Shown piece after piece: positions 45,633 to 55,264 of a stretch of DNA of 64,000 nt. The stretch is from Spirochaetia bacterium. Lineage in GTDB: Bacteria > Spirochaetota > Spirochaetia > SZUA-6 > Bin103. Under the pieces are notes generated by a model that did no database searches, had not been told where the DNA came from, and saw nothing but the letters and a program-made list of their open reading frames with translations. The stretch covers positions 1,511,379 to 1,575,378 of the forward strand of contig OZ241907.1 of NCBI GenBank assembly GCA_965203515.1, read 5' to 3'. Numbering within the stretch: position 1 is the first letter of the stretch; every line of letters begins with the position of its first letter. The translations under genes and the position numbers were made by a program.

Positions 45633-46376
45633 CTACGAGTCGTCCCGGACCTCGTCGAGGCGCGCGGAGACGCCGCGAAACGCCGCTTCCAGGCCGGCGC
45701 GCATCTCCACGGTATGCGGGTTGAACCGCTGCAGGTCGGCGAAGAGCTGCCAGGGGTCGTTGCAGGTCTGTTCCACGATCGACAGCAGCCGCTGAAAGCC
45801 GAGCGGGGCGATGCCGGATTCCCGCAGGCGCATCTCGGCCAGGACCCGGCCGATGTAGTGGGTCACGCCCTGCGTGAACGCCGCCTCGCGATCGTGCGCG
45901 TCCGGCTCCATCACGACCACGTTCAGCTTCAGCCCGGCGAAGAAGCGCTCCCACCGCGCCAGCGGCTCCGGCTCGATGCGGACCGGACACAACACCATCG
46001 GCAGACCGGCGATCGTCACCCGCCCCGAGTCGGGGCCGAACATCGGATGGGTGCCCAGGATGCGCACGCCGGCCGGCAGCATCTTTTCCATCAGCCGCGC
46101 CGGGTGACCCTTCACGGAGCAGGTGTCCATCACCGTGGCGCCGGCCGGCAGCCGATCTCGAATGCGGCCGAGCACCTGCTCCATGGCCGAGATCGCCACG
46201 CACAGGATCAGCACCGGGCACTGAAGCAGGCGATCTTCGGAGACCGGCTCCACGCCGGCCGGCACGGCCCTGCTGCGCCGGGAATACGCCTTCACGGTCG
46301 CGTGACGGGCCAGCCGCTCCGCCCAGAATCGGCCGAACCGGCCCAGGCCGTAGATGCCGAGCTCGTCGCCGCTCAC
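45633..46376 (-). CDS. tyrA: Prephenate/arogenate dehydrogenase
   Basis: 'GIYGLGRFG', 'MDTCSVK', 'GTHPMFGP', 'HDREAAFTQGVTH'. Confidence 0.88.
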   Translation of the reverse strand: MSGDELGIYGLGRFGRFWAERLARHATVKAYSRRSRAVPAGVEPVSEDRLLQCPVLILCVAISAMEQVLGRIRDRLPAGATVMDTCSVKGHPARLMEKMLPAGVRILGTHPMFGPDSGRVTIAGLPMVLCPVRIEPEPLARWERFFAGLKLNVVVMEPDAHDREAAFTQGVTHYIGRVLAEMRLRESGIAPLGFQRLLSIVEQTCNDPWQLFADLQRFNPHTVEMRAGLEAAFRGVSARLDEVRDDS

Positions 46377-47245
46377 GATTCGCCCGTGTCGCGGCGGCGC
46401 ATCAGCGCCGCGATCCGTTCGCTGACCGCGACCAGATCATCGGCGCTCAGCGCCTCGGCGCGCACGCCCGCCTCGATCCCCATGCGCTCCATGATCGACA
46501 ACAGGTCGCGCTTGGCCAACGGAAACGGCGACGCCCGCAGCAGATTGTTGCGCAGCGTCTTGCGCCGGGCCGAGAACGCGGCCCGCACCAGCGTGAAGAA
46601 GACGGCCCGGTCCCGCACCCGGCCGGCATCGGCCCGCACGTCCATGGTCACCACGCCGGACTGCACCTCCGGCACCGGATAGAACGACCCCGGCTGCAGG
46701 TCGCCCTGCCCGGCGACGGCATAGAACGCCTGACAGATCGCCGAGAACGAGGAGTACGCGCGCGATCCGGGCGCCGCGCACATCCGTTCGACCACCTCCT
46801 TCTGCAGGGTGAACACCATGCGGCCGACCTGCGGCCCGTGCTCGACCAGCGCCGCCACGATCGCCGCCCCGCTGCTGTACGGCAGGTTGCCGGCCACGCG
46901 TTGCGGCGTCCCGTACGCCGCTGCCGCCTGCTCGCGAGTCTCCAGGAAGTCCCCGGCCACGACCCGCACGCTCGCGCCGGAGAACTCCGACCGCAGGTGC
47001 CGGACCAGGCCGTGATCGCTCTCGAACGCCACGGTGGCGCCGGCCAGCGGATCGATCATCTCCGTCAACGCGCCCAGTCCCGCGCCGATCTCCCAGACCA
47101 ACTCGCCCGGCTGCGGATCGAGCAACTCCACGATCTTGCGCCGCGCCCCTCGATTGATCATGAAGTGCTGCCCCCAGCGCTTCTTCAGCGCTATGCCGGC
47201 GGCCTCCATCGCTTGCCTGATTTCGGTCGGCGAGTCGTGATTCAC
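46373..47245 (-). CDS. rsmA: 16S rRNA m6,6A dimethyltransferase RsmA/KsgA
   Basis: 'LKKRWGQHF', 'WEIGAGLGALT', 'GNLPY', 'LQKEVVERM', 'FYPVPEVQSGVV', 'FSARRKTLRNNL'. Confidence 0.95.
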   Translation of the reverse strand: MNHDSPTEIRQAMEAAGIALKKRWGQHFMINRGARRKIVELLDPQPGELVWEIGAGLGALTEMIDPLAGATVAFESDHGLVRHLRSEFSGASVRVVAGDFLETREQAAAAYGTPQRVAGNLPYSSGAAIVAALVEHGPQVGRMVFTLQKEVVERMCAAPGSRAYSSFSAICQAFYAVAGQGDLQPGSFYPVPEVQSGVVTMDVRADAGRVRDRAVFFTLVRAAFSARRKTLRNNLLRASPFPLAKRDLLSIMERMGIEAGVRAEALSADDLVAVSERIAALMRRRDTGES

Positions 47246-47255
47246 GGATCGTCGG

Positions 47256-48605
47256 TCATAGAGAGATCCCCGGGATGGCGGCGCTGAGCGAGATCCCGGC
47301 CTCCAGGATTGTAAACGCCAGATCGAGGATCGCGCCAGCGACCTCCCCCGGAACCGTCCAGGAGAGCTGACCCGCCGCCCCCACGCCGATCGCGGCGGCC
47401 AGGAAGACCGTCACCGCGGGCATCAGCACCGGCGCCAACAGCACCGATCCCGGGTACAGCTCCCCGAACACCGTCAATACCAGGGGCGCCGTGGCGACCT
47501 GGGCGCCGATCGAGCAGAGCACGGCGCCGCCGGCGTAGCGGAGCGGACCCGGCGGCAGGCGCGCGGCCGCCCGCGCGCCGGCCAGCACGCCGAGCAGCGC
47601 CAGGAACGAGAGCTGAAACGAAAGCTGCGCGGCGGCGCCGGGATCGATCGCCAGCAGGATGAGCGCGGCGAGCGCGATGATCGGCACCGGCCGCCGTTCG
47701 CGGTCGGTCACCGCCAACAGCGATCCGACCGCGGCCATGATCGCCGCGCGCGCCAGCGCCGGCCCGCCGGTTGCGATCAACGCATAGGCGGCGGCGACCG
47801 CAGCGGCGATCGGCGGCCCCGCGCGGCGCGGCGCGGCGCGCATGAGCACCAGCACGCAGCCGTAGACGATGCCGACGTGCAGGCCGGACAGCGCCAACAG
47901 ATGGGACGCGCCGGCGCGGCGGAAGCGCGCGGCGATGTCGGCATCCAGGAGCCGCCGGTCGCCGATCAGCACCGCCGCAGCCAGCCCCGCCGCCGGCCCG
48001 GCGCGCGCCATGGCCGCCACGATCCGCTCGCGCACCGCCGCGCGGACGCTCCAGAGCGGCGACCGAAATCCCTGCCGCTCGAGCCGTACCGGCCCGCCGA
48101 CCCGTACCGGGCGGCCGGCCGGCCGGCCGGCGCGGAGGTCCGGCGGCGCCTCGATCGCCACCGACACCACCTCGCCGCGATGCAGCGACTCGGCGCCGCG
48201 CAGAAACATATCCATTCGCACGTCGGCCGTAGCCCGCAGCGCGCCGCCGCGGCCGGAAGCCCGGAAGACCCGTAGCGACAGGGCGGTGCCGCCTTTCGGC
48301 AGCGGCCGGCTGTCGTCGAGCACGACGCCGCGCACCACCAGCGGGCCGGGATCGGCGATCCCCAGGTAGGCCGACCGATCCTCCGCCCGCATCCGCACGA
48401 TCCCGGTCGCGGCCAGCAACGCACCGAGCGCGGCGGCCGCCGCGCCGGCGCGCAGCGCCGGCTGCCGGTGCACGGTGCCGCAGGCCCAGAGCACGCCGCC
48501 GGCCGCCGCCGCGGCAGCCGCGATGCAGAGCGCCAGCGACAGCGCCGCCGGCGCCACGCTCAATCCGGCGGCGGCGACCGCCGCGGCGATGAAGGAGGGA
48601 CCCAT
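47256..48605 (-). CDS. comEC: ComEC/Rec2 family competence membrane protein (no MBL domain)
   Basis: 'FRRAGASHLLALSGLHVG', 'LSFQLSFLA'; start uncertain. Confidence 0.85.
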   Translation of the reverse strand: MGPSFIAAAVAAAGLSVAPAALSLALCIAAAAAAAGGVLWACGTVHRQPALRAGAAAAALGALLAATGIVRMRAEDRSAYLGIADPGPLVVRGVVLDDSRPLPKGGTALSLRVFRASGRGGALRATADVRMDMFLRGAESLHRGEVVSVAIEAPPDLRAGRPAGRPVRVGGPVRLERQGFRSPLWSVRAAVRERIVAAMARAGPAAGLAAAVLIGDRRLLDADIAARFRRAGASHLLALSGLHVGIVYGCVLVLMRAAPRRAGPPIAAAVAAAYALIATGGPALARAAIMAAVGSLLAVTDRERRPVPIIALAALILLAIDPGAAAQLSFQLSFLALLGVLAGARAAARLPPGPLRYAGGAVLCSIGAQVATAPLVLTVFGELYPGSVLLAPVLMPAVTVFLAAAIGVGAAGQLSWTVPGEVAGAILDLAFTILEAGISLSAAIPGISL

Positions 48606-48704
48606 CTCACCGGGAGAAACCGCCCCGGCGGGCGCAGCGCTTCAAGTCGCCGGCCGCGCCGTCCGCCGTTCCCGTCAGGGCACGGCATTCCGTATGATGT
48701 CGTC

Positions 48705-49400
48705 ATGCACGGAGGCGGCAGGCCGGCCGAGGGGACCGTCGCCGCGGCGCTCACCCTGGCTCTGGTCTTGGCTCTGGCCGGCTGCTCGGAGCGAACGCAG
48801 GGGCCCGACGAGGCCGCTCTCGCCGGTCCGGCCGACGCCGCCCCGGCAGACGGCCCTGCCGCCGCCGGCTCCGCTGCCGCGCCCGGCTCCCCTGCCACGC
48901 GGACGGCGGGCGCCGATGCGGAAGCCGTGCGGCAGGCGATGGCCAATCTGGGCTTCGAACCGGCGAAGAAGGAGGCGCGGGTCGACTTCGAGCTGGCGGC
49001 CATCGACGGCACGCCGCGCACCCTGGACGACTACGCCGGCAGTTACGTGCTGCTCAACTTCTGGGCGACCTGGTGCGCCCCGTGCCGGATCGAGATGCCG
49101 GCGCTGGAGCGGCTCCACCTGCAGCTTGCGAACCGCGGCCTGCGGGTCGTCGGCGTCGATCTGGGCGAAGCGCCGGCCGAGGTCGAGCGCTTCGTTGCGG
49201 AGACCGGCATCACCTTCGAGATCGTGATCGACGACGACCTGTCGACCAGCCGCGTCTACGCCGCTCAATCGCTGCCGATGACCTACATCCTGGACCCGGA
49301 GGGGACGATCGTCGCGCGGGCTATCGGCGTGCGCGACTGGGATTCGGAGGCGATGCGCGCCATGTTCGCGGCGCTGGTCGAGACCGGGCCGGCCGGATGA
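48705..49400 (+). CDS. TlpA/ResA-family thiol-disulfide oxidoreductase lipoprotein
   Basis: Lipobox 'LALAGC'; 'LLNFWATWCAPCRIEMP'; TATGAT 6 nt before ATG 48705. Confidence 0.9.
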   Translation: MHGGGRPAEGTVAAALTLALVLALAGCSERTQGPDEAALAGPADAAPADGPAAAGSAAAPGSPATRTAGADAEAVRQAMANLGFEPAKKEARVDFELAAIDGTPRTLDDYAGSYVLLNFWATWCAPCRIEMPALERLHLQLANRGLRVVGVDLGEAPAEVERFVAETGITFEIVIDDDLSTSRVYAAQSLPMTYILDPEGTIVARAIGVRDWDSEAMRAMFAALVETGPAG

Positions 49401-49494
49401 GCCGCCGGCGGCTTGCGGCGCGCGCCGATTCGTAGTATCCGTTGGGCCGACGCCATGAGCCGCCGCTTGGTCCGAGGGACGCCCTCCGTGATGT

Positions 49495-50742
49495 ATGACC
49501 TCCAGCGACGCTGACGGCGGCCGTTCCACCGCCGCTCGCGCCGACCTGTTTCAGAAGTGCCGCGACTATCAGGCATGGTTCGACGCCAAGGTCGAGGAGA
49601 TCGGCTTCTATCCCTATTTCGCCGCCATCGAGGAGGTGCGCGGCACCACCGCCGTGATCGACGGCCGCGACCTGCTGATGATCGGCTCCAACAACTACCT
49701 CGGCCTGTCGGGGGACCCGCGCGTCCGGGAGGCGGCGATCGCGGCGGTCAAGCGCTACGGCACGACCTGTTCGGGGTCGCGGTACCTGAACGGCACGCTC
49801 ACGCTGCACGAGGAGCTGGAGGCGGACCTGGCCGACTTCGTCGGCAAGCAGGCGGCGCTCTGCTTCACGACCGGCTACCAGACCAACCTGGGAGCGATCT
49901 CCGCGCTGCTCGGCAAGAACGACCACATCTTCTCCGACCGGTTGAATCACGCATCGGTCATGGACGGCATCTTCCACGCATCCGGTCTGCGGCTCGGCTC
50001 GATCAAGACCCACCGGTACGCGCACAACAGCCCCCGCGACCTGGACCGAGCGCTGAGCGCGGCGCCCGCGGACGCCGGCAAGCTGGTCGCCACCGACGGG
50101 GTGTTCAGCATGGAGGGCGACATCGTGCGCCTGGACGAGCTGACCGCGGTCGCCCGGCGTCACGGCGCCCGGGTCTACCTCGACGAGGCGCACGCGATCG
50201 GCGTGATCGGCGACACCGGCCGCGGCACCGAAGAACACTTCGGACAGCCGCTCGCCGACCTCGTCATGTGCACCTTCTCCAAGTCGTTCGGCTCGATCGG
50301 CGGCTTCGTCGCCGGCGACCGCGAGATCGTCAACTTCATCAAGCATCACGGCCGTTCGCTGATCTTCAGCGCCAGCATGCCGCCGGCCAACCTGGCGGCG
50401 GCGCGGGCGGCGCTGCGGATCATGCGCGAGGAGCCGGAGCGCGCGCGCCGGCTGCAACGCACCGCGGCGCGCATGATCCGCGAGTACAAGGCGCTGGGCT
50501 TCGACGTCGGCGTGGCCGAAACGCCGATCGTCCCCTTGATCATCGGCGACGACTATCTCACCTTCCGGTTCTGGCACGCCCTGTTCCAGGCCGGTATCTA
50601 CGCCAACCCGGTGGTCAGCCCCGGCGTGCCGCCCGACAAGGCGCTCATCAGGACCTCCTACATGGCGATCCACACCGATGACGAGATGGACCGGGTGCTG
50701 GAGATCGCCGCCGCGGTCGGCCGGCGCCTGGGCATCATCTGA
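49495..50742 (+). CDS. Alpha-oxoamine synthase, serine palmitoyltransferase-like (AONS/KBL/SPT family)
   Basis: 'YPYF', 'GSNNYLGL', 'YGTTCSGSRYLNGTL..HEELE', 'NHAS', 'DGVFSMEGD', 'DEAH', PLP Lys in 'TFSKS'. Confidence 0.85.
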   Translation: MTSSDADGGRSTAARADLFQKCRDYQAWFDAKVEEIGFYPYFAAIEEVRGTTAVIDGRDLLMIGSNNYLGLSGDPRVREAAIAAVKRYGTTCSGSRYLNGTLTLHEELEADLADFVGKQAALCFTTGYQTNLGAISALLGKNDHIFSDRLNHASVMDGIFHASGLRLGSIKTHRYAHNSPRDLDRALSAAPADAGKLVATDGVFSMEGDIVRLDELTAVARRHGARVYLDEAHAIGVIGDTGRGTEEHFGQPLADLVMCTFSKSFGSIGGFVAGDREIVNFIKHHGRSLIFSASMPPANLAAARAALRIMREEPERARRLQRTAARMIREYKALGFDVGVAETPIVPLIIGDDYLTFRFWHALFQAGIYANPVVSPGVPPDKALIRTSYMAIHTDDEMDRVLEIAAAVGRRLGII

Positions 50743-50744
50743 CC

Positions 50745-51182
50745 GTGAGCCTGCCGGTCGTCACGCGGCTGCTCCCGCATCGGCCCCCGTTCCTGTTCGT
50801 GGACCGGCTGGAACGGGCCGAGCCGGAGCTGATCGTGGGCTACCGGCGGTTCCGGGACGACGAACCGTTCTTCGCCGGCCATTTTCCGTCCTATCGGGTC
50901 GTGCCCGGCGTGCTGCTGATCGAATCTCTGGCCCAGTGCGGCGGCGCCGGCATCGCCGCGCAGAGCGACGACGCCGGGTCGATCCTGTTCCTGGCGACGG
51001 TCGAAAAGGCCCGGTTCCGGCGTCAGGTACGCCCCGGCGATGAGGTGCGCATGGAGATCACCACCATGCGCCGCTCGCGCGCCATGATCCGGCAGAGCGG
51101 CAAGGCGTACGTGGGCGACGAGCTGGCCGCCGAGGCGACCTGGCTCTGCCTGCGCGCACCCGGCGGAACGCCCGCCGGGTGA
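50745..51182 (+). CDS. fabZ: 3-hydroxyacyl-ACP dehydratase FabZ
   Basis: 'LLPHRPPFLFVD', 'FFAGHFP...VVPGVLLIESLAQ', 'RFRRQVRPGD'. Confidence 0.93.
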   Translation: MSLPVVTRLLPHRPPFLFVDRLERAEPELIVGYRRFRDDEPFFAGHFPSYRVVPGVLLIESLAQCGGAGIAAQSDDAGSILFLATVEKARFRRQVRPGDEVRMEITTMRRSRAMIRQSGKAYVGDELAAEATWLCLRAPGGTPAG

Positions 51183-51227
51183 CCGACCCGCCCTGCCGGG
51201 CGACTCCCCGCCGGGTGACCGACCCGC
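51171..51227 (+). repeat. 21-bp direct repeat CCCGCCGGGTGACCGACCCGC (period 36) spanning the fabZ stop
   Basis: Copies at 51171-51191 and 51207-51227. Confidence 0.85.
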
Positions 51228-51277
51228 GCGATCGTCCTGCGGGCGGCCGAATGCCTGCGGTCGACCCAGGTCGGCGG

Positions 51278-51844
51278 TCAGCCGAAGGTCAGCTCGATGC
51301 TCTTGAAGAACCGGTGGACCGTGCGCACCGAGTCGCGCCTGCCGTACGCCAGGATCATCGGGAACGCGCCGTCGTCGCCGGCGGTCTCCCGCACGAACGC
51401 GGCCGGCAGCGCCGCCTCCAGCGTGGTGGTCCCGTCGCGCTCGCGCACCGCGTGGGCGCTCGCGACCGCCACCGCGTCACTGACGTCGCGGTGCCGGTGA
51501 CCGGAGCCTTCCTGCTCCGCAAAGAACACGGCGCCGTCGCGGTCGACGAAGCTGAACAGGATGCGCGCCCCGTCCATCACGTCCGAGCCGAAGCCGACCC
51601 CTACCCAGCCGGCGGTCGAAGCGGCGGCGGCCACGTACAGCGTGTCGCCGGCGAGCGCCACGCCGATGGCGATGCCGTCGTAGCGCAAGTCCAGCCGGTA
51701 CTCCCCCTCGGAGAAGATGCCGTCGACGACCGGCGCCGCCTCCTGCGCCGTGACGACGCCCGCCGACCTCCCGCCGCGATCGGGGGCCTGCCCGGCGGCG
51801 ACCGCCGCGACGGCCGCCAGCAGCCACGCCACCTTCCAGCGCAT
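51278..51844 (-). CDS. Secreted DOMON-domain protein
   Basis: Signal 'MRWKVAWLLAAVAAVAAG'; 'GWVGVGFG..MDGARI', 'MILAYG'. Confidence 0.75.
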   Translation of the reverse strand: MRWKVAWLLAAVAAVAAGQAPDRGGRSAGVVTAQEAAPVVDGIFSEGEYRLDLRYDGIAIGVALAGDTLYVAAAASTAGWVGVGFGSDVMDGARILFSFVDRDGAVFFAEQEGSGHRHRDVSDAVAVASAHAVRERDGTTTLEAALPAAFVRETAGDDGAFPMILAYGRRDSVRTVHRFFKSIELTFG

Positions 51845-51906
51845 GGCGCGATGCATAGCGCAGTCCGGCGCCGCGCGCAACCGGCAGCGCCGCCGCGCAG
51901 ACCGCC

Positions 51907-53076
51907 GTGGCTCCCGTAATCGTCTACCTCACCGGCTACCGGCAGCATGCCGGCAAGACCGTGACCAGCCTCGGCATCATCTCCCAGCTCCGGCGCGTGC
52001 TGGATCCGTCCACGATCGGCTACGTCAAGCCGGTCGGTCAGGATGTCTCCACGCTGCGCGACGGCGTGCAGGTCGACAAGGACGTGCAGCTCCTGTCGGT
52101 GTTCAGTTCCCTGCCCGGATTCGAGCCGCGGCACCTGTCACCGGTGCGCTTCACCTCCGGGTTCACCCGCAACTACCTGGAGTCCGGGGATCCGCAGGCG
52201 CTGACCCGGACCCTGCAGCGCCGCATTCAGGAGTCGGTGGCGTCGCTCGCCGACAAGAAGGTGATCATCGCCGAAGGCTCGGGTCATCCGGGCGTGGGCG
52301 CCATCGTCGGTCTGTCCAACGCCGACGTCGGCAACATGCTCGGTGCGGAGATCGTCTTTCTGTCGGAGGGCGGCATCGGCCGCGCCATCGACACGCTCGA
52401 AATCTACATGTCGTACTTCCTGCACAAGGGGTGCCGCGTGCGCGGCGTCATCTTCAACCGGCTGATCCCGGACAAGATCCCCACCCTGCAGCGCTATCTC
52501 ACCGAGGAGATGCTCAACGACCGGTATCCCGGGTTCGGCGGCGGCCTGCACGTCCTCGGCTTCATTCCGGCGGTGCAGGACCTGCCGCAGCCGTCGATGG
52601 ATCTGGTGCTCGACTCGTTGCGCCATGCGGAGGCGATCGGCGACCCCCGCCACCCCACCTGGCAACGCCCGTGCCGGACGATCCGCGTGATCTCGCTCCC
52701 CGCGCAGTTCCTGCGGCCCGCGCAGGCGATCCGGCGGCGCGATCTGGTCGTCATCAGCGCCAACTCCACGCCGCGCATCCGCAGCATCCTGGCCTACCAT
52801 CGACAGCTCGGCGCGACGCGCGGCATCGGCGGGCTGGTGCTGACCTGCGATGAAGGCGAGTCGCTGGCCCCCGAGCTGCGCGCCGACATCGTCGGCGCCG
52901 GGCTGCCGGCGGTGCTGATACGGGGCGACTCGGCCGCCACCGAAGCCCGCCTGTTCGGACTCTACGAGAGCACCAAGCTGCAGGTCTACGACGTCGACAA
53001 GGTGCGGGAGGTTGAGGAGGTGTTCAGCGCCTCGTTCGACGTCTACCGATTTCTGGACGTCTTCGGCATCAGCTAG
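51907..53076 (+). CDS. BioD-like (AAA_26) + DRTGG protein resembling the N-terminal half of phosphate acetyltransferase
   Basis: 'TGYRQHAGKT', 'GYVKPVGQ', 'IIAEGSGH', 'GLSNADV', 'GVIFNR'; no PTA catalytic domain seen. Confidence 0.75.
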   Translation: MAPVIVYLTGYRQHAGKTVTSLGIISQLRRVLDPSTIGYVKPVGQDVSTLRDGVQVDKDVQLLSVFSSLPGFEPRHLSPVRFTSGFTRNYLESGDPQALTRTLQRRIQESVASLADKKVIIAEGSGHPGVGAIVGLSNADVGNMLGAEIVFLSEGGIGRAIDTLEIYMSYFLHKGCRVRGVIFNRLIPDKIPTLQRYLTEEMLNDRYPGFGGGLHVLGFIPAVQDLPQPSMDLVLDSLRHAEAIGDPRHPTWQRPCRTIRVISLPAQFLRPAQAIRRRDLVVISANSTPRIRSILAYHRQLGATRGIGGLVLTCDEGESLAPELRADIVGAGLPAVLIRGDSAATEARLFGLYESTKLQVYDVDKVREVEEVFSASFDVYRFLDVFGIS

Positions 53077-54364
53077 CGCCCGCCTCACCGCCCGCCGCGA
53101 TGCGGCCGCCCGCATCACCCACGATGCGGCCTGCCCTCATCACCAGCACCGGCGCGTTCGGCGGGCGCAACAGGGTGACGTCGCCGCGCGGGTCGCCGGC
53201 GACCGCGATCAGGTCCGCGCACTTCCCCGGCTCGATCGACCCGACGCGCGCGTCGAGCCCCAGGGCGCGCGCGCCGCATGCGGTGGAGAGCTCGATCGCC
53301 CGCATCGGCGTCACGCCGGCGTGGCGCACGATCATCTCCAGCTCGGCGGCGTTGTCGCCGTGCGGGGTCAGATCGCGGATGCCGCAGTCGGACCCCAGCG
53401 CCACCGGCACGCCGCGGTCGAGCGCGTCGCGGACCACCTGCGGATACCGTTCCATCAGCCGCCGCGACGGCTCCGCCACGTCTGCGGAATAGCCGGCCTG
53501 CAGGGAGATCTCCGCCTGCGCGACGTAGGGGAACAGGGTGCAGATCAGGTAGACGCCCCGCTCGGCCATCAAGTCGAGACAGCGGTCATCGGCAAGGCAG
53601 CCGTGCTCGATGGTGTCGACCCCGGCTTCGATCGCGTTGCGGATCGCCTGCGGGGCGACCGCGTGCGCGGCGACCCGGCACTCCTGGTTATGCGCCTCCT
53701 CGCACGCCGCGCGCATCTCCGCCACGGTCAGCTCCGGTCCGCCCTGCGCGGTGGCGGTTCCGCCGGCGCGCCCCGCCATCAGCTTGATGACGTCGGCGCC
53801 CGCCTTGAGTTGCCTGCGCGCCGCGCGCCGCACCGAGTCGGGCCCGTCGACCTCGACGAATCCGCCCATGTCCCAGCCGTGGCCGCCGCTCATGACGATG
53901 CCGCCGGCGCTGGCAAGGACGCGCGGCCCGTCGGTGAACCCCAGCCGGATCGCTTCGCGCACCGCCACGTCGCCGGCCTGCACGGCGCCGCCCACGTCGC
54001 GGACCGTGGTGTAGCCGGCGGCCAGCGTGCGGCGCGCGAAGCAGGCGCCGGCCAGCACGTCGCGGGCCACGCCGGGTATCGCCGCGTCGGTGCCGGCCTC
54101 CCGCTCGGTCGGGACCGCCCCCGGCTCGCGCCAGCGGTTGGACTCGCCGACGGCGTTGCCCTTGCACAGGTGGACGTGGCAGTCGATGAGCCCCGGCAAC
54201 AGCGTGCCGCCGGCCAGGTCGACGGTCCGGTCCGGCGGCGGCCGGCCGGCGACCGCCGCCGGTCCCAGCGCGGCGATGCGGTCACCGTCGACCAGCACGT
54301 CGGTCGCCGGATGGAATCCGCCGACCCCGTCGATCACGTCGGCGCCGCGCAGGAGCGTGGTCAT
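53069..54364 (-). CDS. Metal-dependent amidohydrolase (Xaa-Pro dipeptidase-like subgroup)
   Basis: 'PGLIDCHVH', 'GYTTVRDVG', 'GADVIKL', 'VAAHA', 'DTIEHG', 'LGSDCG', 'GKCADLIAV.GDP'. Confidence 0.9.
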   Translation of the reverse strand: MTTLLRGADVIDGVGGFHPATDVLVDGDRIAALGPAAVAGRPPPDRTVDLAGGTLLPGLIDCHVHLCKGNAVGESNRWREPGAVPTEREAGTDAAIPGVARDVLAGACFARRTLAAGYTTVRDVGGAVQAGDVAVREAIRLGFTDGPRVLASAGGIVMSGGHGWDMGGFVEVDGPDSVRRAARRQLKAGADVIKLMAGRAGGTATAQGGPELTVAEMRAACEEAHNQECRVAAHAVAPQAIRNAIEAGVDTIEHGCLADDRCLDLMAERGVYLICTLFPYVAQAEISLQAGYSADVAEPSRRLMERYPQVVRDALDRGVPVALGSDCGIRDLTPHGDNAAELEMIVRHAGVTPMRAIELSTACGARALGLDARVGSIEPGKCADLIAVAGDPRGDVTLLRPPNAPVLVMRAGRIVGDAGGRIAAGGEAGAS

Positions 54365-55248
54365 GGCCGGCTGCCGGCGACCGGCCGGCCGTGCGGGTCA
54401 TGGTGCGCCGGCTGCTCGACGCCGGCGGCGCGGCGCGCTTCGCCCTGTCGGTACCGGTGCTCCATCTCAGCGGCCCGCCAGCGCAGGAACGCCTGCTCCT
54501 GACGGTCGCGGTTGGCGGCGCCGGGCGCCGCCGGCACGTCGATCGCGCCGGTCGTCACCGCGTCGATCTTCCGTTCGCACGCCACCACCTCGCCCTTGCT
54601 GACGATCAACGTCACGCCGACGTTGGCCTCCACGATCGGCACGCCGTTCTCCCGGGCGCGCGCCAGCACGGCCCGGTCCTGGTTCCGCGAGCGCGACCCG
54701 TAGGAGGGGATCAGCAGGTAGCGGGCGCCGTCGAGCACCGGGATGCGGGCGATCTCGGGATTCCAGCGATCGTTGCAGATCAGCATCCCGCACGGGCCGA
54801 ACGGCGTGGCGAACGCGCGCGAGCGCTCGCCAAGGCGGTTGAACCACCAGTCGGCGCGGTATCCTTCGGCAAACTGCATCTTGTGGCAGGCGCCGCACGT
54901 CGCCCCCGTCGCGTCGATGAAGACCGCGCAGTTGTAGACGTCGCCGCCGATCCGCTCGGCCAGGCCGAACGCCAGACACATGCCGAGCTCGCGGGCGAGC
55001 GCCCGGAACCGATCAATCTCCGGCCCGCGCCGGCTCACCGCCGCTTCACGCATGCGCTCGGCCGGCTCGACCCCCTCGATGATCGGCATCACCACGTACC
55101 CGTCGAGCGCCCCTTCGGGGGCGACGGCCAGCTCCGCGCCGGTATCGGCCGCCTGCCGGAACAGCTCCTCCAGGCGGTCGCCGTTGGCGGCCACGTCGAA
55201 CTTCCGGGGCCGGAACGAACAGGCGGCGACGCGGACCTGCGTAAACAT
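54361..55248 (-). CDS. Carbon-nitrogen hydrolase (nitrilase superfamily)
   Basis: Triad E ('APEG'), K ('CHKMQ'), C ('LICNDR'); 'YNCAVFID'. Confidence 0.88.
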   Translation of the reverse strand: MFTQVRVAACSFRPRKFDVAANGDRLEELFRQAADTGAELAVAPEGALDGYVVMPIIEGVEPAERMREAAVSRRGPEIDRFRALARELGMCLAFGLAERIGGDVYNCAVFIDATGATCGACHKMQFAEGYRADWWFNRLGERSRAFATPFGPCGMLICNDRWNPEIARIPVLDGARYLLIPSYGSRSRNQDRAVLARARENGVPIVEANVGVTLIVSKGEVVACERKIDAVTTGAIDVPAAPGAANRDRQEQAFLRWRAAEMEHRYRQGEARRAAGVEQPAHHDPHGRPVAGSRP

Positions 55249-55264
55249 GCCGACCGGCCGGCCG

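Noticed and set aside
49495-50742. Calling this gene bioF
   Set aside because: No bio operon context, and motifs fit the SPT-like branch at least as well; symbol withheld
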